From an uncultured Thermus sp. (GTDB taxonomy: Bacteria > Deinococcota > Deinococci > Deinococcales > Thermaceae): 64,000 bases of DNA. The stretch covers positions 59,074 through 123,073 of the forward strand of contig CAMTVD010000018.1 of the NCBI GenBank assembly GCA_947085095.1, in the 5' to 3' direction. The translations under genes were made by a program, and so were the position numbers. The notes beneath the pieces are model-generated. The model was not told the origin of the DNA, searched no databases, and saw nothing but the letters and a program-made list of their open reading frames with translations. Shown one piece after another: positions 53,849-63,864 of the stretch (positions within the stretch are counted from its first letter, which is position 1; each line of letters begins with the position of its first letter).

Positions 53849-56050
53849 TTAATGCACCACCCGGGGGGGTAGGGAGAGGACCAGGTGGGCGCAAAGCAGG
53901 AGGGCCGCCCTCTTGTCCAGGTACTGGTTGCCGTTGCCGCACTTGGGGGAGAGGACGCACCGGGGGCAGCCCTCCTCGCAGGGGCAGGCCTTGAGGAGCT
54001 CCAGGGTGGCCTTAAGCCACTCGGGAAAGCGCCGGGCCGCCGCCCGGGCGTACCCCACGCCCCCGGGGTAGCCGTCGTAGATGAAGACCGTGGGACCCCC
54101 CCCCGAGGGCAGGGGGCGGGGGTAGAAGGGGTAGGAGAGGCCCCCGATGTCCTGCCTCTCCGCCAGGATGAAGAGGGGCAGGAGGCCGATCAGGGCGTGC
54201 TCCAGGGCGTGGATCCCCCCGGGGATCTGGTGAGGGGGCACCACCTCGGGAGGGTGGAACCAAAGGGCCTCGGTGGGGAAGGTGATCTCGGGCATGGCGA
54301 GGGGCACCTCCTCCAGGACGCTTCCCGTGAAGAAGCGCTTCTTCACGTACCCCACCACCCTTTCCCTAAGGACCACCCGGCCCACGTGGACCCCGTGGCC
54401 CACGTGCTCTCCGGAAAGAACCTCCAGATCGGTTTCCGCCCGGGGCTCGGTGTAGTAGTCCTCGAGGGCCGGCAGAAGCCAGATCTCCCGCCTTTCCAGG
54501 TCAATGTTCCGCACCAGGTAGCTTTCCCCCTGGTGCAGGTAAACGGCCCCGGGGTGGGCCTCCCAGTAGGCCTGCCTTTCGTCCAGGTAGCCCAGGACCT
54601 CCCCCTCTGGGCCCCGCAGGGTAAAGGTGGCCCCCAGGCCCCTCAGGGTGATCTCCCGGTGGGGGCGGCGCTTGGGGGTGAAGTAGCGCCCATCCTGCTC
54701 CTTGAGCCCTATAAGGGCCTCGGGGCAGAGGACCTCCTCCCGCTTAAGGGGCATCTCCCAGGCGGCGGCGTGCAGGTGGAGGGGGCAGAGGACGGGGTTT
54801 TGGGGGTCAGCCACCGCCTCCTCCGGAGGGGTCTTGAGAAGGAGCTCGGGGCGGTGGAGGAAGTACTCGTCCAAGGGGTCCTCCCGGGGGATGAAGACCA
54901 CCAGGGCCCGCCTCGCCCCCCGCCCCGCCCGCCCCGCCCGCTGCCCGAAGGCGGCCATGGAGCCCGGGTAGCCCACCAGGACCACGGCGTCCAGCTCCCC
55001 GATATCCACCCCCAGCTCCAGGGCGCTGGTGGAGACCAAGACCCGCACCTCCCCCCGCTTCAGGGCCTCCTCCAGCCGCCTCCGGTCCTTGGCGGTGTAG
55101 CCCGCCCGGTAGGGGCGCACCCCGGGATGGGCGGCGTAGCGGGCGATGAGCTCGGCGCTCTTGCGGCTGTTGGCGAAGACCAGTCCCCTAAGCCCCCCCT
55201 CGGCCAGGGCCCGGGCCAGGTAGGCGGCCTCGAGGAGGGGGCTCCGCCTTCTTTCCCCCTTCCGGTCCAGGGGCTTGGGGAGGAGGACCAAGAGCTCCCT
55301 CTCCGAGCGGGCCACCTCCTCCCTCAGTTCCGCAAAGGGGAGGCCGGTGAGGGCCTCGGCGTGGGCCTTGGGGTTTTTGATGGTGGCGCTGGCGGCGATG
55401 ACCTGGGGACTCGCCCCGTAGTGGCGGGCCAGGCGCAGGAGGCGGAAGAGGACCAGGGCCACGTGGGTGCCGAAGACCCCCCGGTAGGCGTGGAGCTCGT
55501 CCAGGACCAGGTAGCGGAGCCGGGAAAGGAAGGGGGCCCACTCCCCGTGCCGGGGGAGGAGGCCGTAGTGGAGCATATCGGGGTTGGAGAGGAGGATGAG
55601 GCCCTCCTCCCGGGCCTTGCGCCTTATGGGGCTTGGGGTGTCCCCGTCGTAGGGGAAGACCCCGGGGATTTCCAGGGCCTCGGCCATGGCCTTGAGCCGC
55701 CTTAGCTGGTCGTGGGCCAGGGCCTTGGTGGGGAAGAGGAGGAGGCTGGTTTCCCCTTCCAGGGCCGCCTTCAGCACGGGGGCCTGGAAGACCAGGCTCT
55801 TGCCGGCGGCGGTGGAGTAGGCCATGACCACGTTCTTCCCCCGCTCCACCTCCTCCAGGGCCCGCTTCTGGTGGGCGAAAGGGACCAGGCCTAAGGCTTC
55901 CAGGACCCCGGCGAAGGCCCCCCGGTAGGGGGTGGGCTTTGGGGGGGCTTTGGGGAGGGTTCTGGCGAAGGCGATGCGGCCCCGGAACTCCTCCAAAGAC
56001 TCCAGCCACTCCCGGTAGCCGGAAAATCCCTGGAGGGCTTCCGGGAGCAT
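53849..56050 (-). CDS. DEAD/DEAH SF2 helicase with DUF1998 (MrfA/SftH/Hrq1-like)
   Basis: STAAGKS, PTKALA.DQ, DELH, SAT, ALELGVDIG, QRAGRAGR, HALEH, C.C..GC..C. Confidence 0.92.
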   Translation of the reverse strand: MLPEALQGFSGYREWLESLEEFRGRIAFARTLPKAPPKPTPYRGAFAGVLEALGLVPFAHQKRALEEVERGKNVVMAYSTAAGKSLVFQAPVLKAALEGETSLLLFPTKALAHDQLRRLKAMAEALEIPGVFPYDGDTPSPIRRKAREEGLILLSNPDMLHYGLLPRHGEWAPFLSRLRYLVLDELHAYRGVFGTHVALVLFRLLRLARHYGASPQVIAASATIKNPKAHAEALTGLPFAELREEVARSERELLVLLPKPLDRKGERRRSPLLEAAYLARALAEGGLRGLVFANSRKSAELIARYAAHPGVRPYRAGYTAKDRRRLEEALKRGEVRVLVSTSALELGVDIGELDAVVLVGYPGSMAAFGQRAGRAGRGARRALVVFIPREDPLDEYFLHRPELLLKTPPEEAVADPQNPVLCPLHLHAAAWEMPLKREEVLCPEALIGLKEQDGRYFTPKRRPHREITLRGLGATFTLRGPEGEVLGYLDERQAYWEAHPGAVYLHQGESYLVRNIDLERREIWLLPALEDYYTEPRAETDLEVLSGEHVGHGVHVGRVVLRERVVGYVKKRFFTGSVLEEVPLAMPEITFPTEALWFHPPEVVPPHQIPGGIHALEHALIGLLPLFILAERQDIGGLSYPFYPRPLPSGGGPTVFIYDGYPGGVGYARAAARRFPEWLKATLELLKACPCEEGCPRCVLSPKCGNGNQYLDKRAALLLCAHLVLSLPPRVVH

Positions 56051-56260
56051 CTAGAGCATCCCCGCCAGGAAGCCCTCTTCCCGGATGGTGCGGATGAGGT
56101 CCATGACCGTGAGGTCCTGGGGGTCGTACTCCACCAGCACCTGGGCGGGGCCGGTGGCTTGGGCCTCCTTCACCCCTTCCAAGGCGCTTAGGGCCTTTAG
56201 GATGCGGGTCATCCCCTCCGGGGTGGGCTCCCCCCGGATCCCGATCAGCACGCGGCTCAT
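56051..56260 (-). CDS. Small HMA/ferredoxin-fold-like protein lacking CxxC
   Basis: I.G....G...I.KAL..LEGV......V.YDP......I...GF pattern of HMA domains; no Cys. Confidence 0.65.
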   Translation of the reverse strand: MSRVLIGIRGEPTPEGMTRILKALSALEGVKEAQATGPAQVLVEYDPQDLTVMDLIRTIREEGFLAGML

Positions 56261-56264
56261 GCTC

Positions 56265-56690
56265 CTATTCTAAGACCCCCCGCCTCTCCCCCCGCGCCCC
56301 CCGGCTTCCCAGGACCTGGACGCAAAGGACCAGGGGCCCCACGGCGAAACCCTCCATGAGGAGGGCCTTTTCCAGGGCTTTCCGCTTGGGATCCAGGTGG
56401 AGGGCCACCTCGTAGACCCCGGCGTCATAGGCGCTCTTGACCACGGCCCGGAGGAGGCCCTTGAGGACCTCCTCGTCCCTCCCCTCTATCCGAGAGATGA
56501 GCAGGGTGGTGCCCTCCCCCTGCCAGACCGCCTGGGCCAGGGCGAAGCCCAGGGGTTCCTCCCCTTCCTCCGCCAGGAAGGAGTGGCCGGTGCGGGCGAA
56601 GAAGCGGAGGGCCCCGAGGCTTACGGGCCTTTCCCCCGCCACCCGGTTTAGAAGGTCCAGGTCCTCTTCCGTGAAGGGGCGAAAGCGCAT
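56265..56690 (-). CDS. DUF1999-like GNAT-fold protein (Deinococcus-Thermus type)
   Basis: MRFRPFTE.D, F.RTGHSF.A, QAVWQG, KSAYDAGVYEV. Confidence 0.7.
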   Translation of the reverse strand: MRFRPFTEEDLDLLNRVAGERPVSLGALRFFARTGHSFLAEEGEEPLGFALAQAVWQGEGTTLLISRIEGRDEEVLKGLLRAVVKSAYDAGVYEVALHLDPKRKALEKALLMEGFAVGPLVLCVQVLGSRGARGERRGVLE

Positions 56691-56697
56691 GGGCCCA

Positions 56698-58020
56698 TTA
56701 TCCTTCCCTGCGCCTCAGGAAGAGGAGGGCCTCGAGGAGGAGCACCATCCCCGCCAGGAGGGCCAAATAACGCCCCGTTCCCCCTGGGACCCTAGGGAGG
56801 AAGCTTTCCCCGGGGGTGGGAAGCAGGGTCTCCTCGGGGGCGAGCAGGCCCGCTGGCGCTTCCCGGTAGGGCCTCAGGAAGTTGTAGACGAGGAGGGGAA
56901 AGAAGGGCCGGTCCTGGATGGCGGCGAGGGGGGGGAGGTAGAGGCCCCCTTCCGTGAAGTAGAGGAGGCCCACCCCTTCCTCCCCCTCGGCCAGGGGGCG
57001 CCAGGGGCCTTGGGGCCTGGGGGGCGGGGGGAGGCGCTCCCCCAGGAGGGCCACCCCCTCCAGGAGGGGATGGGGGGCGGTGAGGAGGACGGGGACCGGG
57101 CTGCCTCCCGAGGGGGCCAGGTAGAGGGTGGGCTTTGGGGGAGGCCCCTCCGGGACCCCCACCAGGACCCTGACCTCCCCCCCAGGGGCGGTTCCCAAAA
57201 GGCGGAAAAGGCGCTCCAGGGCGGGAAGCCTGGGGTAGGCCACCCCGAGCCGCCTCAGGCCCAAGGTGGCCCCGTCGTCCAGGGGCAGGGCGTCCTCCCC
57301 CAAAAGCCGGGCGGCGAAGGCGCTGGGGAGGCCCGGGAGGGGGGCAAAGCCCCTTGGGGGGACCAGGACCTCGTGGGTCCTTCCCCCCACCTCCACCCGG
57401 GCCAGGAGGGCGCGGTTTGCGCTGTTTCCCAGGGCCAGGAACCCGGGGGCCACGGCCACGATCCCCAGGTTCTCCGCCGGGCCTCCCACCCCCAGGTACC
57501 CCTCGGCCCCCGGAGGGGGTGGGCCGTCCGTGGCCACCACCGCGGGAGCCTTGAGGAGCCGCCTCCCCAGGGCCATGGCCCCCTCGAGGTCCGCCCTTTT
57601 GTCCCCCGCCTCCAGGGCAAGAAGCCTCGCCCGGAGGGCCACCCCGGGGGCGGGGCCAAAGGCCTCGGGGCGCTCCCCAGCCCGCACCAAGACCGCCTCC
57701 GGGGCCCTTTCCAAAAGGGGAAGGAGCCTCTCCTTGGCCAGGTCCAGCCGGGTTCTTCCCCCCTCCCGGGCCGCCATGCTGGCGGAGGCGTCCACCACGA
57801 GGACCAGGGGGGAGGGTCCCAAGGGGGGGTCCTCGAGGGCCAGCACCATGAGGGCCGCTCCCAAAAGGAGGAGGAATAGCCGAAGGTCCAGCCGGGGCCG
57901 GTAGCGCCTAGCCCGCCCCTTCCGCCAAAGCCACACCCCCGCCCAGGGCCGCGCCTTGGGAAGGTGCCTCCGGTAGAGGAGGTAGACCAGGAGGAGGACG
58001 GGGAGGAGGAGCCAGAGCAC
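56698..58020 (-). CDS. BatA-like / vWA domain membrane protein
   Basis: N-terminal TM segments, MIDAS DASASM, TDG, C-terminal TM ending LLLE.L. Confidence 0.7.
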   Translation of the reverse strand: MLWLLLPVLLLVYLLYRRHLPKARPWAGVWLWRKGRARRYRPRLDLRLFLLLLGAALMVLALEDPPLGPSPLVLVVDASASMAAREGGRTRLDLAKERLLPLLERAPEAVLVRAGERPEAFGPAPGVALRARLLALEAGDKRADLEGAMALGRRLLKAPAVVATDGPPPPGAEGYLGVGGPAENLGIVAVAPGFLALGNSANRALLARVEVGGRTHEVLVPPRGFAPLPGLPSAFAARLLGEDALPLDDGATLGLRRLGVAYPRLPALERLFRLLGTAPGGEVRVLVGVPEGPPPKPTLYLAPSGGSPVPVLLTAPHPLLEGVALLGERLPPPPRPQGPWRPLAEGEEGVGLLYFTEGGLYLPPLAAIQDRPFFPLLVYNFLRPYREAPAGLLAPEETLLPTPGESFLPRVPGGTGRYLALLAGMVLLLEALLFLRRREG

Positions 58021-58070
58021 CCACCCTAAGCCTAGCCCCCGGGGGTGGGCTTTGCTAGAGTGCGGGAAGG

Positions 58071-59039
58071 ATGTGGGTCTTGGGCATAGATACCTCCTGT
58101 GATGACACTGGGGTGGGTCTGGTAAAGGACGGCCAGGTGGTGGTGAACCTGGTCCTGAGCCAGACCCTCCACGAGGCCTATGGGGGCGTGGTGCCCGAGT
58201 TCGCCAGCCGGGAGCACCTCAAGGCCCTTCCCCGCCTCACCCAAGAAGCCTTGGGCAGGGGGGGAATCGCCCCTAAGGACCTCTCCCTCATCGCCGCCAC
58301 CCGGGGGCCCGGCCTGATCGGGGCCCTTCTGGTGGGCTACACCTTCGCCAAGGGCCTGGCCTGGGCCCTGGAGAGGCCCTTCTACGCCATTCACCACCTC
58401 GAGGGCCACATCGCCGCCGCCTGGCCCGAGGGCCTAGAGCCCCCCTTCCTGGCCCTGGTGGCCTCGGGGGGGCACACCCACCTCTACGAGGTCCTGGACC
58501 TGGGGAACTACCGCCTCCTGGGGGCCACCCGGGACGACGCCGCCGGGGAGGCCTTTGACAAGGTGGCGAGGCTTTTAGGCCTTGGCTTCCCCGGGGGGCC
58601 GGAGATTGAGCGCCTGGCCAAGGAGGCGGAGGAGCCTGTCCCCTTCCCCGTCCCCCTGAAGGACCAGGCCGGGTACGAGTTCAGCTTCTCCGGCCTGAAA
58701 ACGAGGGCCCTGCAGCTTGTGGAAAAGGGCCTTCCCAGGCCAGGGCTCGCCAGGGGCTTCCAGGAGGCGGCCATCGGGCACCTGGCCGAGGTGGTCCTGA
58801 GGGCGGCCCGGGACACGGGGCACCGGGTCCTCCTGGTGGCCGGGGGGGTGGCGGCCAACCAGGCCCTCCAGGCGCGCTTTAAGGCGGCGGGGATTGAGGT
58901 CCACTTCCCCCCCAGGGGCCTTTCCCAGGACAACGGGGCCATGATCGCCCTGGCCGCCTGGCGGCGCTTTAGGGCGGGCTTTCCCCCAAGCCCCCTTTCC
59001 TTGGGGGCCACCGCCTACTGGCCCCTCGAGGCCGTCTGA
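58071..59039 (+). CDS. tsaD: tRNA t6A threonylcarbamoyltransferase
   Basis: [46 protein letters not shown]. Confidence 0.96.
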   Translation: MWVLGIDTSCDDTGVGLVKDGQVVVNLVLSQTLHEAYGGVVPEFASREHLKALPRLTQEALGRGGIAPKDLSLIAATRGPGLIGALLVGYTFAKGLAWALERPFYAIHHLEGHIAAAWPEGLEPPFLALVASGGHTHLYEVLDLGNYRLLGATRDDAAGEAFDKVARLLGLGFPGGPEIERLAKEAEEPVPFPVPLKDQAGYEFSFSGLKTRALQLVEKGLPRPGLARGFQEAAIGHLAEVVLRAARDTGHRVLLVAGGVAANQALQARFKAAGIEVHFPPRGLSQDNGAMIALAAWRRFRAGFPPSPLSLGATAYWPLEAV

Positions 59040-59077
59040 ACGCTTTCTCATCCCGAGGGGGTACAATCGGCCTTAGG

Positions 59078-62077
59078 ATGCTGGGCCTCATACGGAAGCT
59101 TTTTGACAACAACGAGCGGGAGATTGCCCGCTACCACAAGCAGGTGGTGGAGCCCACCAACCGCCTCGAGGCGGAGGTGGAGAAGATCCAAGACCTGTCC
59201 GCCGCCTACCGCGAGCTCAAGGAGAAGCACGAAAGAGGCGCCAGCCTGGAGGAGCTTCTCCCCATGGCCTTCGCCCTCACCCGGGAGTCCGCCAAGCGCT
59301 ACCTGGGCATGCGCCACTTTGACGTGCAGCTCATTGGCGGGGCCGTGCTCCACGAGGGCAAGATCGCCGAGATGAAGACCGGGGAGGGGAAGACCCTGGT
59401 GGCCACCCTGGCCGTGGCCCTCAACGCCCTCACCGGCAAGGGCGTGCACGTGGTCACGGTGAACGACTACCTGGCCCGGCGGGACGCCGAGTGGATGGGG
59501 CCCGTCTACCGGGGCCTGGGTCTTAGCGTGGGGGTCATCCAGCACAGCTCCACCCCCGAGGAGCGCCGCAAAGCCTACCTCTGCGACGTCACCTACATCA
59601 CCAACTCCGAGCTGGGCTTTGACTACCTCCGGGACAACATGGCCATCAGCCCCGACCAGTTGGTCCTGCGCCACGACACCCCCCTCCACTACGCCATCAT
59701 TGACGAGGTGGACTCCATCCTCATCGACGAGGCCCGCACCCCTTTGATCATCTCCGGCCCGGCGGAGAAGGCCACGGACCTCTACTACAAGATGGCGGAG
59801 ATCGCCAAGAAGCTGGAGCGAGGCCTTCCCCCGGAGCCCGGAGTGCGCAAGGAGCCCACGGGGGACTACACCATTGAGGAGAAGAACCGCTCCGTCCACC
59901 TCACCCTCCAGGGGATCGCCAAGGCGGAAAAGCTTTTGGGGGTGGAGGGGCTCTTTAGCCCGGAGAACATGGAGCTCGCCCACATGCTGATCCAGGCCAT
60001 AAGGGCCAAGGAGCTCTACCACCGGGACCGGGACTACATCGTCCAAGATGGCCAGGTCATCATCGTGGACGAGTTCACGGGCCGCCTCATGCCGGGCAGG
60101 CGCTACGGGGAGGGCCTCCACCAGGCCATAGAGGCCAAGGAGGGGGTGAGGATTGAGCGGGAGAACCAGACCCTGGCCACCGTCACCTACCAGAACTTCT
60201 TCCGCCTCTACGAGAAGCGGGCGGGGATGACGGGCACCGCCAAGACCGAGGAGAAGGAGTTCCAGGAGATCTACGGCATGGACGTGGTGGTGGTGCCCAC
60301 CAACCGCCCCATGATCCGCCAGGACTTCCCCGACGTGGTCTACCGCACGGAGAAGGGGAAGTTCTACGCGGTGGTGGAGGAGATCGCCGAGAAGTACGAG
60401 CGGGGCCAGCCCGTTTTGGTGGGCACCATCAGCATTGAGAAGTCGGAGAGGCTCTCCCAGATGCTCAAGGAGCCCAGGCTCTACTTCCCCCGGCTGGAGA
60501 TGCGCCTGGAGCTCTTTAAAAAGGCCAGCGCCAAGCAAAGCGGGGAGGCCTGGGAGCGCCTGAGGAAGCTTCTGGAAAAACCCACCCAGCTCAAGGACCA
60601 AGACCTCGCCCCCTTTGAGGACCTCATCCCCCAGAAGGGGAACCTGCGGAGCGCCTGGGAGGGCCTGAAGCGGGCGGTGCACACCCTTTCCATCCTGCGC
60701 CAGGGCATCCCCCACCAGGTCCTGAACGCCAAGCACCACGCCAAGGAGGCGGAGATCGTGGCCCAGGCGGGCCGCTCCAAGACCATCACCATCGCCACCA
60801 ACATGGCGGGCCGGGGGACGGACATCAAGCTGGGGGGGAACCCCGAGTACCTGGCCGCCGCCCTCCTGGAGAAGGAGGGGTTTGACCGCTACGAGTGGAA
60901 GGTGGAGCTCTTCATCAAGAAGATGGTGGCGGGGCATGAGGAGGAGGCCCGGGCCCTAGCCCAGGAGCTTGGGGTAAAGGAGGAGCTCCTGGAGAGGATC
61001 CGCCAGATCCGGGAGGAGTGCAGGGCCGACGAGGAGCGGGTGCGGAGCCTGGGGGGGCTTTTCATCCTGGGCACCGAGCGGCACGAGTCCCGGCGCATCG
61101 ACAACCAGCTCCGGGGCCGCGCGGGCCGCCAGGGGGACCCCGGGGGGAGCCGCTTCTACGTCTCCTTTGACGACGACCTCATGCGCCTCTTCGCCTCGGA
61201 CCGGGTCATCGCCATGCTGGACCGCATGGGCTTTGACGACTCCGAGCCCATAGAGCACCCCATGGTGAGCCGCTCCATAGAGCGGGCGCAGAAGCGGGTG
61301 GAGGATCGGAACTTCGCCATCCGCAAGCAGCTTTTGCAGTTTGACGACGTGATGGCCCGGCAGCGGGAGGTCATCTACGCCCAGCGCCGGCTGATCCTCC
61401 TGGGAAAGGACGAGGAGGTGAAGGAGGCGGCCCTTGGGATGGTGGAGGAGACCGTGGCCTCGGTGGCGGAGAACTTCTTGAACCCCCAGATCCATCCCGA
61501 GGACTGGGACCTTCAGGGCCTGAGGACCGCTCTCCTGGACGTGGCCCCCCAGCTTTCGGGCTTCTCCTTTGAGGAGCTTAGGGGACTGAAGCCAGAGGAG
61601 GGGGTGGAGCGCCTGGTGGAGGCGGCCCTCAAGGCCTACGAGGCCCGGGAAGAGGAGCTCTCCCCGCCCCTCATGCGGGCGGTGGAGCGGTTTGTGATCC
61701 TCAACGTGGTGGACTCCGCCTGGAAGGAGCACCTCCACAACCTGGACGTGCTCCGGCAGGGCATCTTCCTAAGGGGCTACGGCCAGAGGGACCCTTTCCA
61801 GGAGTACAAGATTGAGGCCACCCGCCTTTTCAACGACATGGTGACCTTCATCAAGTCCGAGGTGGCCAAGTTCCTCTTCCGCCTCAAGGTGGAGGCCGAG
61901 CCCGTGCGGCCCGTGCGGGAGGCCCCTTATGTGCCCGTGCCCGAGCCCAGGCCGGAGGAGGCGGGGACCTTCGGCGTGGAAAGGAAGCGCCCTGCCACCC
62001 CCCCGCCCCAGCCCGGGCTTTCCCGGGCGGAGCGCCGCCGCCTCATGCGGGAGGAGAAGAAGCGCAAGAAGGAGTAG
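59078..62077 (+). CDS. secA: Preprotein translocase ATPase SecA
   Basis: [68 protein letters not shown]. Confidence 0.98.
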   Translation: MLGLIRKLFDNNEREIARYHKQVVEPTNRLEAEVEKIQDLSAAYRELKEKHERGASLEELLPMAFALTRESAKRYLGMRHFDVQLIGGAVLHEGKIAEMKTGEGKTLVATLAVALNALTGKGVHVVTVNDYLARRDAEWMGPVYRGLGLSVGVIQHSSTPEERRKAYLCDVTYITNSELGFDYLRDNMAISPDQLVLRHDTPLHYAIIDEVDSILIDEARTPLIISGPAEKATDLYYKMAEIAKKLERGLPPEPGVRKEPTGDYTIEEKNRSVHLTLQGIAKAEKLLGVEGLFSPENMELAHMLIQAIRAKELYHRDRDYIVQDGQVIIVDEFTGRLMPGRRYGEGLHQAIEAKEGVRIERENQTLATVTYQNFFRLYEKRAGMTGTAKTEEKEFQEIYGMDVVVVPTNRPMIRQDFPDVVYRTEKGKFYAVVEEIAEKYERGQPVLVGTISIEKSERLSQMLKEPRLYFPRLEMRLELFKKASAKQSGEAWERLRKLLEKPTQLKDQDLAPFEDLIPQKGNLRSAWEGLKRAVHTLSILRQGIPHQVLNAKHHAKEAEIVAQAGRSKTITIATNMAGRGTDIKLGGNPEYLAAALLEKEGFDRYEWKVELFIKKMVAGHEEEARALAQELGVKEELLERIRQIREECRADEERVRSLGGLFILGTERHESRRIDNQLRGRAGRQGDPGGSRFYVSFDDDLMRLFASDRVIAMLDRMGFDDSEPIEHPMVSRSIERAQKRVEDRNFAIRKQLLQFDDVMARQREVIYAQRRLILLGKDEEVKEAALGMVEETVASVAENFLNPQIHPEDWDLQGLRTALLDVAPQLSGFSFEELRGLKPEEGVERLVEAALKAYEAREEELSPPLMRAVERFVILNVVDSAWKEHLHNLDVLRQGIFLRGYGQRDPFQEYKIEATRLFNDMVTFIKSEVAKFLFRLKVEAEPVRPVREAPYVPVPEPRPEEAGTFGVERKRPATPPPQPGLSRAERRRLMREEKKRKKE

Positions 62078-62090
62078 GCCCCCCGGGGTC

Positions 62091-62116
62091 CCCATCCTGG
62101 CGCAAGCCAGGATGGG
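62091..62116. terminator. Hairpin between convergent secA and yebC
   Basis: 11-bp stem CCCATCCTGGC-GCAA-GCCAGGATGGG with a GNRA loop. Confidence 0.7.
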
Positions 62117-62122
62117 ATGGTA

Positions 62123-62857
62123 TTAGGCCTCCACCTGGAGGCTTGCGGGGTCCAGGTTGGTGTAGACGTTCTGCACGTCGTCCAGGTCCTCGAGGGCCTC
62201 CACCAGGCGCATGACCTTGGCCGCCTCCTCGGGAGCGAGGGCCACCACGTTCTGCGGGTGTTGCGTCACCTCCGTGGCCTCTACCCGGATCCCTCGGCGC
62301 TTCAGCGCCTCGGCGATGCGGTAGACCTCGGCGGGCTCGGTGTAGACGGTGAGGCTATCCCCCTCCTCCTCCAGGTCCAGGGCCCCCAGCTCAATGGCGG
62401 CCTCCTGGGCGGCCTCGGTGTTCTCAGAGACGATGACCCCCCGCTTCTCAAACTGCCAGGCCACGCTGCCTGAGGTGCCCAAGGAGCCCCCGTACTTGCT
62501 GAAGACGTGGCGCACCTCCCCGGCGGTGCGGTTGCGGTTGTCGCTGAGGGCGTAGACCAAGACAGCCACACCCCCCGGGGCATACCCCTCGTAGACGATC
62601 TCCTCGTACTGCTCGGCGCCCTCCCCGCCCCCTTGGAGCTTCTGCAGGAGGCGGTCAATGTTTTCCATGGGCACATCGTCGGCCCGGGCGGCCTCAATGG
62701 CGTTCCTGAGCTGCACGTTGGCCTCGGGGTAGGGGCTTCCCCCCGCCCTGGCGGCCGCCTGGATGGCCCTGAGGTGCTTGGAGATGATCTTGCCGCGCTT
62801 CAGGTCGTTGGCGGCTTTCTTGCGCTTGATCTGGGCCCACTTGCTATGACCGGCCAT
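62123..62857 (-). CDS. yebC: YebC/PmpR-family protein
   Basis: MAGHSKW..IK.KK, YEGY.PGG, DNRNRT, LEDLDDVQNVY.N. Confidence 0.95.
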   Translation of the reverse strand: MAGHSKWAQIKRKKAANDLKRGKIISKHLRAIQAAARAGGSPYPEANVQLRNAIEAARADDVPMENIDRLLQKLQGGGEGAEQYEEIVYEGYAPGGVAVLVYALSDNRNRTAGEVRHVFSKYGGSLGTSGSVAWQFEKRGVIVSENTEAAQEAAIELGALDLEEEGDSLTVYTEPAEVYRIAEALKRRGIRVEATEVTQHPQNVVALAPEEAAKVMRLVEALEDLDDVQNVYTNLDPASLQVEA

Positions 62858-63864
62858 GGCTCACCCCATCCATTATAGCCAGCTCCTCCAGAACCCTCTC
62901 CGCCAGGCGTTCTCCCGCCTCGCGGAAGGGGTGGAAGAGGAGGTCCACCCCGGCGGCCAGCAGGGGGGGGTCTTCTTCCAGGTGGAAGCTGGTGGCGGCC
63001 ACCAGGCCCCTAAAGCCCCGCTCCCTGAGCCAGCGGGCGGCCAGGAGCTTGGCCTCCAGGTCCGGCAGGGCCAGCACCACCGCCTTCAGCCCCGAGAGGT
63101 CCAGCCTCTCCCAAAGCTCCGGGTCCTCGGCGTCCCCGTAGAGGACCCTCCGCCCTTTGCCCCGGTGGCGCTCCACCTTCTCGGGGTCGGCATCCAGGCC
63201 GAAAGGCTTTTCCCCCTGCTTTTCCAGCACCCGGTAGACGGCCCCCCCGCTGCGCCCCATGCCCACGATGAGGACCGTGGCCTCGTCCAGGCGCTCGGGC
63301 TCCTGGTCCGGGTGGGGCCCCCGGCGCTCCAAGCGGAGGAGGAAAGGCTCCAGGCGGCGGTAGAGGGTGTGGCTGTACCGGGAGAGGGGGGCGGAGAGCA
63401 CCATGGAGAGGGCCACCAGCAGGGCCAGGGTGGCCAGGTTCGTGGGCAGGAGGCCTCCCCGCTCCAGGGCCACGCCCACGATCAGGGCGAACTCCGAGTA
63501 GTTGCCCAGGTAGACCCCGGCCACAAAGCCCGTGCGGGCCCTGAGGCCCAGGAGGAGGAAGAGGAGGAAAAAGAGAGGGGCTTTGAGGAGGGAGAGGAGG
63601 AGAAGCCCCAGGAGAAGACCCATCTCCACCCCGCCAGGCCATGCTTCATGCCGATCTCCAGGAAGAAGGCCACCAAAAAGGCCTCCTTGAGGCTCCAGAT
63701 GGCCTTGGCCATCTCCGCCCCCTTGGGGTGGCCGGAGAGGAGGGCCCCCATCAGGAGGGCTCCCAGTTCCGGGGAGAGCCCCACCTGGCGAAAGCTCTCC
63801 CCCCCCAGAAGGGCTAGCCCCAGGCCGTAGAGGATGAGAAGCTCGTCGTGGCCGCTCTTTTCTA
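62844..63864 (-). pseudogene. 3' part of a CPA2 (Kef-type) cation:proton antiporter with TrkA-N domain; frameshifted and IS-interrupted
   Basis: LEKSGHDELL...ELGALLMG...KEAFLVAFFLEIG...GLAG, then a frame change at the C4 run 63629-63632 into VEMGLL...YSEFALIV...GMGRSG...YGDAED; 5' side cut at the IS630 end. Confidence 0.8.

Noticed and set aside
53849..56050. DUF1998 helicase as part of DISARM or Druantia defence
   Set aside because: A single fused MrfA/SftH-type protein in a housekeeping neighbourhood, with no drmA/drmC/MTase or dru partners adjacent.
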